64,000 nt of DNA from Lama guanicoe (lineage: Eukaryota), in NCBI GenBank assembly GCA_013239625.1, contig MU053365.1, positions 1,832,115 through 1,896,114 of the forward strand. Direction: 5' to 3'. Made by a program: the position numbers and the translations under genes. Within the stretch, counting starts at the first letter, position 1. Each line of letters opens with the position of its first letter. Under the pieces are notes generated by a model. The model was not told where the DNA came from. It saw nothing but the letters and a program-made list of their open reading frames with translations, and made no database searches. Positions 12,811-24,875 of this stretch are shown here, piece after piece.

Positions 12811-15469
12811 ACACCAGCTCCTTCTCATCATATTCTTTCTTCTATCCAAAAGCTCACTTAGCATAGCCAAATGGAACTTTGTCCAGGATCGTTTATGTGT
12901 AGCAGAGAATATGATCTTTCCTTTAATCAGATACCACTGACCTACCACAGGACTTGTGCTTTGAGTCTTTCTAGTTTCTCAAATAGGTTCACATTTATCC
13001 TCTGCCATTTTTCTTGCTTTTCATGATTAACAGCACATATTTATTTCTAATAATACAAGGGCATTTAAAGTACATGCCTTCTGACTTTAAACAGGTAGAA
13101 TTATATGAGAGAATTTTAGTCATCAGAAAGAAAATTGCAACAATAGAGCATCCAGGACATTGAGAATTCAAGTTCAAATCATTTACTCAAACAAATCGAT
13201 CTTCTTAAAGATAGAATAGCTCTGCCTTCTTTTGTATCTAGGGGCCTCTAAGTAGCAAAATACTGGACTTTTTCAAGATAGTAACAGAAGTTTGTAAAGA
13301 TGGCCCAACACATTTTATAATATACTTACCTTTTTTTTCTTGACTCACTCATTGATTGAAATAGTTCATGTAACAATGTCAACAGATACGACAGGTTGAA
13401 TTAGAAATTGCAAAGTTTTGCCTAAAGTGTTAAAATTGTCAATTTTATAAAATAAATTCTCACAATTGAATAAAATGGAAGGAAAAGCAAATACTTTCTT
13501 ACAGAGACAGACTGAAAAGAATCATAAGAAAACACTCTAGGTTTTCAAACATTTACAGAAGAATCTTACCAAAACTTCCTTTCCTCCTATTACATTTTAA
13601 TTATCACCCTTGATCTTAGGCCTATTTTAGTTCAGTGCATGAAAATCCTAAAGCAGAAGATCTGGAACTTAGGATTTTTAGCAGTTAAAGATTTTTTAAT
13701 GTCACTTACATTTATTACCTGCATTTTAAAGATGTGTATGTCTTATGTCATGAAGGATGCATTGTTACCCTTGATAATATATAATATATAAGCAAGTTAT
13801 AGACAAAGGTTTTCTGAGGCAAATAAACTTGTCATTAATGGTGGTGTGTAGTCCATATTTCCCTACATTTAAAAAGAAAATAAATGAGTGAATTTTTAAT
13901 ACCCACCGTTCTATTTAAGTGGCGTCAGTGCAGAAAGAGAGTATTATTCATTAAAGTAATGTTTTAAAAAGGAAAACCATTAACAAGAGGTATCCTTTTT
14001 ACCAAAATTAAACACTTCCAAAAATCTCTCACGGAAGCCGAGACAGCCCTTTGGAGGACAACTTGGAAATACTTTTTGCATGTGGTGAACACTTATATGT
14101 GACCACCCATGTACTACTTGCTCTGAACCCTTTAGCCCTCTTGGTAGGGGCAGTGTCTAAGGACATATATTAAAAATATTCAAAGTAACTGAACATCCCC
14201 TAAGTTTTAAAAACTACTGTTTCAGGTGAGCTCAGGTTCTTTGTAGTTGAACGGTCAGCCTTCCAGTTTTATTCCACTCTCTCATTCCGTTCCTCTTCCC
14301 CGTTTCCATAAGTGGCATCTGGACATAGGAAAGATTTATATAGCATCACGGAAGCACCGGAGGAGAGCTGTCTGGGTCAAGAGTTAGCTTTCTCTGTGAA
14401 TACCTATGAACCTCTGGTTAAGACAGAGTTCATCTCTCCTGGTTTGAGTACATGGTCCTGTATTTTTTTCTTCATCTGCTACTGAAGTATCTACAGTAAA
14501 TATAACTAACTTATGGTGTTTTCTCTTGGTAAAGAAATACACAGAGATTTCTAGGATAATCAGCTAACCCTCCGTGCTTACTAGGCTTCCCATCTTGGTT
14601 CTTGCTGCTGTGGCTGAGCCTGATCCTCACTGGTATCCTCCATCTAGACTTCAGCTTTGGGAAGCCACCCTGGGGCCTCTGTAATGTACACCCATGACCT
14701 TCACCATCTTGACCCCAGAGAATCATATTGACTTCATTATTACATGCCTTCTACTCTCTCCACAGGATCTGGTGGGATCCTCTGGACCTTTTTTTACGTC
14801 TTGTGAAAATTATGGGAAAATTGAGGAGGGGACCTTTCTAGACCATCTTTTATTAACATGAAATCATCATTTGTGCTCTATTACAGCCACTCCAGCTTTG
14901 TTTCGGGAAGCTGTGAAGCTATTTTTTCCCAGAGTTTCCTAGGGGGAAAGATGAAAAACACCATACACTTTCAGCATTTCCTTGCCTTTTAAAAATTATT
15001 ATTAATACAACATTGTCCCCCTCTATTCCCCTATCTTTTCCACTTAAACACAGGACCAGAATTTAGGGGATGGGGGCACTGAAGACTGTCAGTGATGCAT
15101 GCACTATCTTCAATAGAGTCCCATCCCTTTTGGCTCTTTTCATGTTTCTCCCAGCATTGGAAAGTTTTTCCTTCCCCATTTTTGTACAGCAGGAACTTAA
15201 CCTCATGTCATATTCTCTGTCTTATTCATACTACAGGTTATAGTAAATCTCTGTGCCCAGATCCAAGGTATGTTCTTTGTATATAAAGTTTTCATATTTT
15301 AAAAATCTCTTTCTACTTCAAAAATATCATGGTTAAAAGAATATTATCTCTATTTGCATTAAAATTTTAACCTCTAGCTGAGAAATGGTGTCTTTTTTCC
15401 AGGTAGTGTCCAATATCCACCAGAAGCAATGAATTTAATCAAGTCAGGAGGTGAGAAGCCTCAACACTA

Positions 15470-16740
15470 CAAGACTTTTAGAAAATGCAGAATTTGAGAA
15501 GTATTATTTTTAAAATATTAACAAAGTTGCATTAGTAAAATTAAAAAGTCTATTCATATTCTTTGCCTTAATGTACCCCAAAAGCATCTTATACACAAGC
15601 AAAATGTAAACATACTAGGATGTTCACTGCAACATTTTTTTGTGATAACTAAATATTGGAATCAACCAAAATAGCCACAAACTGGTCAGTAATACATCAT
15701 ATCCACAGAATATGATAATATAGAGTAATTTGAAAGAACAAAGTAGATATATAGTTATAGGTAAAAATGGCAAAGTATGTTCACTTAAAAGACAATTTTC
15801 ATAAACTGTATATAATATGCACCCAACTGTTTTTCTCTGGGGATGGTATTATCAGAGATTTTCAGTTTCCCTGTTGTATATTTTTATAATATTTAAACTT
15901 TTGTTTAATTCATAAAAATATTTTTATATATACAAAAAAGTACCAGAGTATATCTCAAACCAATAGGCAGTATCACTCTTACTGATGAAATACTAGTGAC
16001 ATTCTTATTAAATCCAGAAGAGAATGATAGACATATCATTACTATTATATATCTTTCAGGATGAATTAGACAAAATAATAAGAAATACAACAGAGTTAGA
16101 AGGCAGAATTATTAGAAGGGTAGAAAAGAAATGATTAGTATTTATAAATAATATGTTTGCTTGTGATACTAAATACGATTAACAGACAAGCTGTTAAAAG
16201 TAAGAAGAGGTCAATAAAGTGGTTAGTTGTAAAACAAAAATATAAAAATCAATTGCTACCCTGTAAAGCAGCAATATGCAATTTCAAAACAAGCCACTCA
16301 GAATGTCAAGAGAATATACAAATAGATAAATAAGTTTATACTGTATAGCACAGGGAACTATATTCAATATTTTGTAGTAACTTATGGTAAAAAGAATATG
16401 AAAATGAATATATGTATGTTCATGTATGACTGAAGCATTATGCTGTACACCAGAAATTGACACAACATTGTAAACTATACTTCAATAAAAAATATATGCT
16501 AGTAAAAAAGAAAAAGAAGAGAATATACAATCTACTATGGAGTAAAATGAAGAGAAAATGTGAAAGTTTTAGAAAAAAATATTTGGAAGAGAAATATGAA
16601 TACATGAAGATAAAATCATAAAACATTGTATATTACTAGATGAGAATTTGATAGCATGAAAAGATGCCCATTAACAAATTGACGTAGATTTGGATTGCTT
16701 CCAAGTTAATTTAAAAATTAAAGGTACTTCTAAACAGTAT
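15470..16740 (+). mobile_element. Ancient L1 (L1ME-like) fragments
   Basis: A-rich sequence with ATGTTCACTGCAACATT and ATAAAAATCAATTGC motifs; interrupted by a younger L1 stub. Confidence 0.55.
16322..16516 (+). mobile_element. 5'-truncated camelid-type L1 3' end
   Basis: ACTGTATAGCACAGGGAACTATATTCAA...GACACAACATTGTAAAC...AATAAAAAA. Perfect 14-bp TSD AAGAGAATATACAA at 16308-16321 and 16517-16530. Confidence 0.92.
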
Positions 16741-16959
16741 CAGAGTAATGTGTATGGATATATGAAAAAAATCAACCTGAAGAGCAAGTCGGTAATTCTT
16801 CAGTATGGTAAACAAAACCCTTATGGATTTGGCCCTAATTTAGTCCACGAACCTTCCCTCAGGCACAAAGATGTTCATTACAAAATAATAAAATCCAATT
16901 TATCCACAGCTATGTAGCGCTTGGTACATACATCAGGAGCATAAATTAAAAAATTAGGT

Positions 16960-17175
16960 TTTGTAAATAGCGAGTTCTATGGTAAGCCTAGCTTTACAGG
17001 CATTATCTTATTTGATCTATACAATCATCCTATAAAGAATAATATTAATTATCTTTATTTTTGAGATTAGGAAACAGATTAGCAAAGATGCCTAAATCAA
17101 CTCTACTAGTAAGCAGAGAAGCTAGAATTTAAACTCATCTATGTCTGATATCAAAGCTTTTAATTATTAACCACA
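16960..17175 (-). mobile_element. MIR
   Basis: CATTATCTTATTTGATC...ACAATCATCCTAT...CTAGTAAGCAGAGAAGCTAGAATTTAAACTC. Confidence 0.65.
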
Positions 17176-17569
17176 AATTTATATTCCTTTTTTAAACAGC
17201 AGAAAATTTAATATGGCCTTCAATATTTATATATTTCAGAAAATTGTGGTACAGCCATATGATTGACTATTATATAACTTTTGAAATAATCTATGAAAAA
17301 TATTGTGGGAAATGCTTATAATATTGGGTAATTAAAATAAAGGGAAGAACTCTGTATTATAAGAAGCTATTGCTACATATTTCTGGAGGTAAATATGCCA
17401 AAAGTCAACAAATTTTATACAATTCTCACTCTGACCATGCATTTATTGTAATAAATGCTAATATTCACTATTAACATGAATTACAGAAAAAAAATCTACA
17501 AATTAGCAATGTTATGTAAGAAAAATCTATAAAATCTAAAGGAGGACTTTTTAAAAATAAAGGATGTCA

Positions 17570-17920
17570 GAATTTCCACTTCTATCCATGAAGTGCTAAT
17601 TGATATAGGAATTGCCCTTCTGCCATGAAAATGAGAAAACCAGACAAAAACCTATGACCTGGTGGTTTTAAGACATTGTACAAGTGGCAATACAGGACTG
17701 TGATTTCTGAGAAAGGGAAATCAAATAAAATGAGCCCTGTAGTTGGCACAGCCTATCCCCTAAAGGCGTGTTCAAAAGGGAAACCAAGCAGAGTCGTGGG
17801 GCTTTGCTGAGCTGAGACAGCTATCAGAGACTGAGGAGTCCAATGTGGCTAGAATTTGTAGGTGAATATTGGAGAGGAATGAGCTACACAGAGAAAAACC
17901 TCACAGGGCTAGAGAAAGTA
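17570..17920 (+). mobile_element. Old L1 5'UTR fragment
   Basis: TTCCACTTCT...AGACATTG...CAGGACTGTGATTTCTGAGAAAGGGAAA resembles L1M 5' ends. Confidence 0.55.
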
Positions 17921-18164
17921 ACACCAGCAAAGAGTAAGCCGAATAATTGCACCGTGCAGTTATGACCATTACAGGAACTGCCCATCACATTACAGTGGGT
18001 CAGATTCTACCTACTTGGAATTTGGCCTTGGACAAAAACATTTGTCCTCTCTGCTCCTCATAATTATTATTTATTAGTAAAGTGAAGATGAAAATAACTT
18101 TCTCTCAAAAGATTGGTCAAGTGTGAGCATTTTTTTCCTTCTAGTTTTTTTTTATATGATTTAA

Positions 18165-19364
18165 AAATGTTACACTTCATTTACAGTTATTCCAAAATGT
18201 TGGCTATATTCCTCATGTTGTACAACACACCCTTGTAGCCTGTCTGACACCCACTAGTTTGTACCTCTTAATCCCCTACTCATGTCTTGCCCCCGCCCTC
18301 CCCTCACTGGTAATCGCTAGTTTGTTCTCAATATCTATGAGTCTGCTTTTTTTTGTTTTTTGTTATATTCACTAGTTTGTTGTCTCTTTTAGATTCCACA
18401 TGTAAGTGATACCTTACCTTACAGTATTTGTCTTTCTCTATCTGACTTATTTCACTAAGCATAATGCCCTCCAGTTCCATCTATGTTGCTGCAAATGGCA
18501 AAATTTAATTTTTATGGTCATTTTTCAGAATGGTATTCCATTGTATGTGTATTCCATTCTTTATCAATTCATCTGTTAATGGACACTGGACATTTATGCT
18601 GCTTCTATATTTTGGCAATTGTAAATAAGGCTGCTATGAACATTGGGGTGTATGTACCATTTTTGAATTAGTTTTTTTCCGGATGTATACCCGGGAGTAG
18701 AGTTCCTGGGTCATATGGCAGTTCTAGTGTTAGTTTTCTGAGAAACCTCCATACTGTTTCCCACAGTGGCTACACCAGTTTACATTCCTACCAATGGTGT
18801 ACGAGGGTTCCCTTTTCTCCACATCCTCACCAATATTTGTTATTTGTGTTATTTTTGATGGTTGCCATTCTGACAGGTGTGAGGTGATAACTCATTGTGG
18901 TTTTGATTTGAATTTCTCTACTAATTAGTGATGTTGAGCATCTTGCCATGCACCTGTTGGCCATCTGCATTTTCTCTTTGGAAAAATGTCTACTCAGTTC
19001 TTCTGCCCAGTTTTTAATCGGGTTGTTCATTCTTTTCATGTTGAGTTGTATGAGATGTTTATATATGTTGGATATTAATCCTTTATTGGTCATATCATTT
19101 GCAAATATTTTCTCCCATTCAGTAGGTTGTCTTTTCATTTTGTCGGTGGTTTCCTTTGCTGTGCAAAAGCTTTTACGTTTAATCAGGTCTCATTTGTTTA
19201 TTTTTGCTTTTGTTTCCTTTATTTTAGGAGATGGATACAAAAATATTGTTGCTATTTATGTCAAAGAGTATTCTGCCTATGTTTTCCTCTAGGAGTTTTA
19301 TAGTGTCTGGTCTTATATTTAGGTCTTTAAGCCATTTTGAGTTTATTTTTGTATATGCTATTAG
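18165..19364 (-). mobile_element. LINE-1 3' fragment
   Basis: ORF 18827-19138 reads [14 protein letters not shown]...[26 protein letters not shown], the ORF2 C-terminus, followed by 3'UTR. Confidence 0.95.
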
Positions 19365-19670
19365 GTTTGTTTTCAGGGATGAAGAAAATGGAGGTACTCC
19401 TCATTCCAGGACTGGGAGCCTTCAGGGACCTCCAAATACCCAAATGGTTACTGTGGCTTCAGGTGACACAGAAGGCAGGAAGCCTGGAGTACAGGAGTCC
19501 TGGGATCTTTTCAGGGCCACGACATTAGACTGAACCAGAACAAGTCTGGGGATACTTCCCTCCCCCACTTCAAGATAACAGAGCCACAGTGTAGCCTGTT
19601 CTGGGAGGAGCGGGGGGGAGTGGGGAAAGTTGAAAAGGATATACGATTGGAATTTCAAATGGAACTGGAT

Positions 19671-20232
19671 TCTGGCAGTTCCTCCAAAAGTTAAACCAAG
19701 TTACTGTAGGACCCAGCATTCTACTTCTAGGTATATACCCAAGAGAAATAAAAATACATGTCTACACAAGATGTAAACATGAGTGTTCATAGCAGCATTA
19801 TTCATAATAGCCATAAAGAAAGAGCTCAACTGTCCAGCAACTGGCGAATGGACAAACTGTGCTATATCCATACAATGGAGCATAATTCAGCCTTAGAAAT
19901 GAATGAACTACTGATCCATGCTACAACATGGATGAATCTGGAAAACACCATGCTAAGCGAAAGAAGCACATATTGTAAAATTCCATTTATATGACATGTC
20001 TGTAATAGACAAATCCATAGAGACAGAAAACAATGAGTGGTTGCCTAGGACTGGGAGTATGGAGGGGAGGTAGATGGATGACTGATAAAGCGTATGGGGT
20101 TTATTTAGGGATGATGACAATGCTTTTAAGTTGATTGTGGTGATTGTTGCACAATTCTGTGCATATACGAAAAACCCATTTAAATGGGTGAATTGTATAG
20201 TATGTAAATATCTCAAAAAGCTGTTAAGAAAA
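19671..20232 (+). mobile_element. L1MB-like 3' end
   Basis: CTAGGTATATACCCAAGAGAAAT...CATGCTACAACATGGATGAATCT. Flanking direct repeat ATGGAACTGGA at 19659-19669 and 20234-20244. Confidence 0.88.
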
Positions 20233-20334
20233 CATGGAACTGGACTGAGTCATAATAAATGACTTGCAAATTATTAAAAAAAAGAAAAGGCTGGGTAAAG
20301 TCTATTGAACACTGCTTTTCTTATTGGGTTCTTT

Positions 20335-20455
20335 GTTTGAAATGTAAACTCCATGAAGGCAGGGAATTTGTTTTCTTCCCCTCTGTATTCACTGTGCCTA
20401 GAACTGTGCCTGGCACATAACAGGTGAGCAGTAAGTGCCTATTGAATTAATTAAG
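20335..20455 (+). mobile_element. L2 3' end
   Basis: AATGTAAACTCCATGAAGGCAGG...CCTAGAACTGTGCCTGGCACATA. Confidence 0.85.
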
Positions 20456-20659
20456 AAACTAGCATATTGACAATAAAACACTTTAATGTCTAGCATTGGA
20501 TTCGATGAATGCTCTGTAACTAGAAAAGACAAATGGCCTTAAAAGTCTCTTCAATTAAATGGAATAGAAATAGATTCTGCAGTAGAACCCATGAGTTTTC
20601 AGTTTGGGAATATCTTAGTACCCCGAGGTGAAGATGATTATGTTGTGGGGACAAAAAAA

Positions 20660-20708
20660 CTATCTATATCTATCTATCTATCTATCTACCTACCTATCTA
20701 TCTATCTA
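20660..20708. repeat. (TATC)n microsatellite
   Basis: Seen directly in the sequence. Confidence 0.9.
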
Positions 20709-21099
20709 GATACGTATAGTATATATGGTTTACATTATATATTTTTCTATATGTATGTTACATACCCGTCTATATATGCAGATATATAATATAGAAAAGC
20801 AGTTTTGCCTTGCCATCTTCTGCATTCATTGACCAAAATGATCTGTAAAAGTTTGGAGAGGTCATATCAGAGAGAAAAGAAAAGAGAAGGTTTCAGTTAA
20901 TCAAGGACACATTTTTTTTCAGAGGTGCTTCTCTGTAGGCATTTTCAAATGTAAAATATATGCAGTAATTGTGTATTTTGTTGTTTTTCAGTAAATGTAC
21001 CATGAAATTCTGTAAATAGAATTTTTTTTTAAGACCTATTTTTTTTTCCATCACGGTAGTGTATCTAGTTACCACTGAAGCTGCTCATGGTTTACTTCA

Positions 21100-21560
21100 G
21101 TCATATCCCTCCTCTCTCTCCCTCTCTCCCTCTCTTTCTGTCCCTCCTCCTCCCTCACTCTCCCCCCCTACCCCGCCCTGCAGGGCAGATGGGAGTACAA
21201 GAGGGGATTCTACACAGCTTGCAGAAGATGCTATAAATAGCAGATTTAACGATGGTGACTGATTGGTCACTCCCGATACCTGCTAATAATCAAGCACTGC
21301 CAATTGAGCACTGCCAATGTTCGCTTCCCGGCTAAATCCTCACAGTTTTAGTTTTGTAAATATAGAAATCAGTTAGATCAAAATTAATGAGATTTTGCTG
21401 CATTTACGATCAATACCAGTAGTAACAGCTGAATCGATCAGAGGGTCAGTGTCAGCCATCAAGATGAACGCCATAAACAATGCGTCTTGTCTCTCCAATT
21501 AGAATCTCTGATGTGAAAGCTCATCAATAAGACCGGGCACATGGTCTCCAGCTCCAGACA
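21100..21560. promoter_or_regulatory. Candidate conserved enhancer-like element
   Basis: Repeat-free and retains CpGs. Contains a MEF2 consensus, a CCAAT box, duplicated AGCACTGCCAAT and HOX/ONECUT-type motifs. Confidence 0.5.
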
Positions 21561-22419
21561 TACTGCATTTTCACGTCTCTCTCTCTTTCTCTTTGAGGCC
21601 TGGCTTTGCTGTTTCTGGCTCCTGTAAACCCTTAGGTCTTCCTTCCCACTAGAGGGTCAGGAAATACTCACCAACCACTGTCCCGGCCGCAGCTCTCCAG
21701 CATTCAGAATCAAACACTGAGTATTCACAATTGGCAAACCAAAAAAGCAAAACAAAACCTTATATTTCTGTACAGTTATATCTAACTGATGTGTTCATCA
21801 CTGATACTGGCATTTTCCTGTAATAAAGAAACCAAATAGATCAATGAAATACTAATGTTACTTTGTCACAGTGTAAAATGATTATGTAAACAAGTTTTTG
21901 CTATGACAGTATTTCCTAAGATGGAATTCTACCTATACAGACATAATGGTATTTAAGAAATCAGCTACTCTCTTTGTGCCTAATGGGCAGACTAAATTTG
22001 ATATTAATTAATGGGTGAATTAAAAATATATTTTCTCAAAATAATCCAGTGAAGGGGATACATGAAACAAGAGTGATCATGAAGCTGCAGACTGGTTTAC
22101 AGTGGTTTCTTAAATTAGTTTCCCTTGTATAGATTTCATACTTTTCACAACAAAGCATTTAGAAATAAAGCATATTGGTCATGTGAAATACAAGGCTAGG
22201 CAAATGTTTATGAAGAAATGAGAGCATGGATTAAGTACATAATTTTAGATTTAGGTAAAATCCAAATGAAACACAGCCGGTTACAATTCCAAATAATTAC
22301 ATATTGGAAGTAAGCTTGGACTTCTCTTGCTTGTCCAGCAGAGATCGTTCTCTAAATTTTGAGAATAATATTCGAATTTTATCTTTCAGAGGTTACAGTA
22401 GCAGTGTACTTAGGCAGTA

Positions 22420-22860
22420 TTTTCATATAGTAAGGTTCTGCTCTTAATTCTTTTAAAGAATAGCTTTAGCGTTTTATCAGAATTACACATACACATGTTT
22501 TCAATTATCAGATAGTACTAGAATCTACGTAACAAAAATTACTAGTTTCCTATCCCACCACTTCGCAGTCTGCAATCCCACACACCGGGGCCAAGCACCT
22601 TGGACTCTTTGCTGTTTCATCTGGTATGCAACTCGCTAGGGTTCTGAATAATATACGGGTACATTTTCTTCTACTGCCTTATTATGAAAGAAAAAAATTT
22701 AGCTCCCTTAATGCTGCCCACCCTCATTTATTACCTATGTCCTTGCCAAGAGAGTCAAATTCAAATTTCTAATTAAGTTCTCATTTGTGGATTGCTTATT
22801 CCCCATTCCTGTTTCTTCTTTCTCCTCTTATTCAATTTTTTTTTTTTTTGGCAGTTGCTT
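22420..22860 (-). mobile_element. Ancient L1 (L1ME-like) fragment
   Basis: T-rich sequence resembling reverse L1ME 3' regions; weak match. Confidence 0.4.
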
Positions 22861-23879
22861 ACCTCCAGTCTTCTTGCTGGGTGTTAAAATCACTATATGT
22901 TAGATTTTTCTGTTCTTTGCAGTCAAGAGCATGTTTCTCTTTTTAAAAAATTATTTTAATTAATTTTTAAAATTAAAGTATAGTTTCTTGTTCATTCTAA
23001 GTAGCTGGAGCCCCATTTGGGTGACTCTTGGTTTTGGGCTTCATTTCCTGTTTTACTCTCTCCACACCAAGAGAGGTGACTTATTTGACAGATACGCTTG
23101 GAAAGAATAAATAAAAGAGCATATTCTACTGAGATCTGCCTTTCTTCCTCTTCAGAGTGAGCTGATCACAGGAAACAGGAGCTGTTTCTCAGTGCTCCTT
23201 CAGGGCCGACTCTGCTCTTCCACGGGCGAGGCCTTCTCTTGGCCAGTGTTGCTGTGAGTGGGTGGGCAAGCCTGCCTGTGGTTTAGTTAGGAGGTCCATT
23301 TTGCTCTTCACTAAGCTTTATCTTCCACATTTACAAGTGATAATAGTGACATTCTGGCCTCCAATCTACTACTCTTTATTTCTCATTTTGCTCATCATAA
23401 TCCAGATAGGAAAAAGAAAGGGCTGTTATTGGACCCCCTCAAAGACACCAATAGTATCCATTTATTATTTATCATTCCATAAAATGTATTCCCTGCAGAA
23501 CCAGGTAATGTACTGACTATATTTCCTCTTTTCTACAACTTTTCATTTTTCCTGGAGGTAAGAATGTCTTTCTTCCTTTTTTCTTACTTTTCATATGCTT
23601 TTGACTCTTTCTTTATGCAACATAAAATCTCTGGATTTCTTTTCCACAGGATAAATTTCATCCAGCAATTTTTTATTCCTTTTATTTTCCTAGAGTCCTC
23701 CTTTGGGGGGCCTAATAGTCTATTCTTCTAATTTGGACTGATTACTCTCTAAGCCTGTTGCACAGTTGTCATTCTGGAACTTTCTTTTGGGTCTGTCTAA
23801 TGTGAAATCACTGTTTTGTTTTGTTTTTTTAAATTTGTTTTTTTCTCTCTGCTCTTCAGATTGGATCATCTCCATAGAT

Positions 23880-24042
23880 CTAATTTTATTTACTTATTTT
23901 TTGTTGTTGCTTTTTGGGTTTTTTTGGGGGGGGGAGTAATTTGGTTTATTTATTTATTTACTTTTAATGGAGGGACTGGAGATTGAACCCAAGACCTCAT
24001 GTATGCTAAGCATGTGCTCTACCAGTGAGCTATACCCTCCCC
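23880..24042 (-). mobile_element. tRNA-derived camelid-type SINE (long-tailed form)
   Basis: Minus strand GGGGAGGGTATAGCTCACTGGTAGAGCACATGCTTAGCATACATGAGGTCTTGGGTTCAATC followed by (AAAT)n, a C-run and an A tail. Confidence 0.93.
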
Positions 24043-24374
24043 ACCAAATCACTGTTTTCTGAATCTCATTTCTCCCTCATTCTTGTTGTATTCTTTACTT
24101 TGGTGGAGTATATTCTTTAAAAAAAAACTTTCTGAAGATAATACCTAGGAGGTAATCATTTCGCACTTCAAATATTGCAAATTTATGTATGGTATCATGT
24201 TATTTTCAACCAGGATAGAATGAAGATAGAATTTTACATGAGAAATTATTTTTAACTATTTTTAAAATGTTATTCTAGTCTGTTTTATCTTCCACTATTC
24301 CTGTTGAACAATCCAAAACCATTCAGATTCTTCATCCTCTAATGTTACCTTATTTTTTCTACCTGAAATTGCAA

Positions 24375-24875
24375 TAGATGTTGTTGCCTATCCAACATCT
24401 ATTCATACCAAATCTATTCAGGTATTTACCCCATCTCTAGTTTCATAAGAGTATCCTGGTTAGTTTAAGACAATCGGTTAATGGTATACCCTATCTGCCA
24501 ATATAGGTCCAGAAATGGCCATGTGGCATTAATTACCTCGTCAAACTGAAGGAAAGGGCTTATAGCATATTGGTGGAGAGAGTCCTCACTCTCCTTCTAA
24601 AGGTGAACTATGAAATTTGTAGCCTTCATTGCTACCGTCAACTATCTTGTGCACATTAAGGAAACCAGATTGAGGGAGATCCAAGAAAAGGAAGGGGCAG
24701 ATGGAACTGGAGTCCTCGATGGCCTCAACTGAGCTTTTGATCATACTGTTACTATGACTGGCACCTACCCTACTTCTATACAACATTTTATTTAGTAAGA
24801 TAGTTTGCTCATTATTTAACCAGGTTTGGGTGAGAATTTTTTTCTCCTCCAGTTCAAAGAATTCTGACTGCAAGA
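24375..24875 (+). mobile_element. Old MaLR LTR (MLT1H/J-like)
   Basis: GGAGTCCTCGATGGCCTCAACTGAGC...TTATTTAACCAGGTTTGGGTGAGAATTTTTTC pattern. Confidence 0.6.

Noticed and set aside
18827..19138. 103-aa ORF as a gene
   Set aside because: It is a truncated L1 ORF2 C-terminal remnant.
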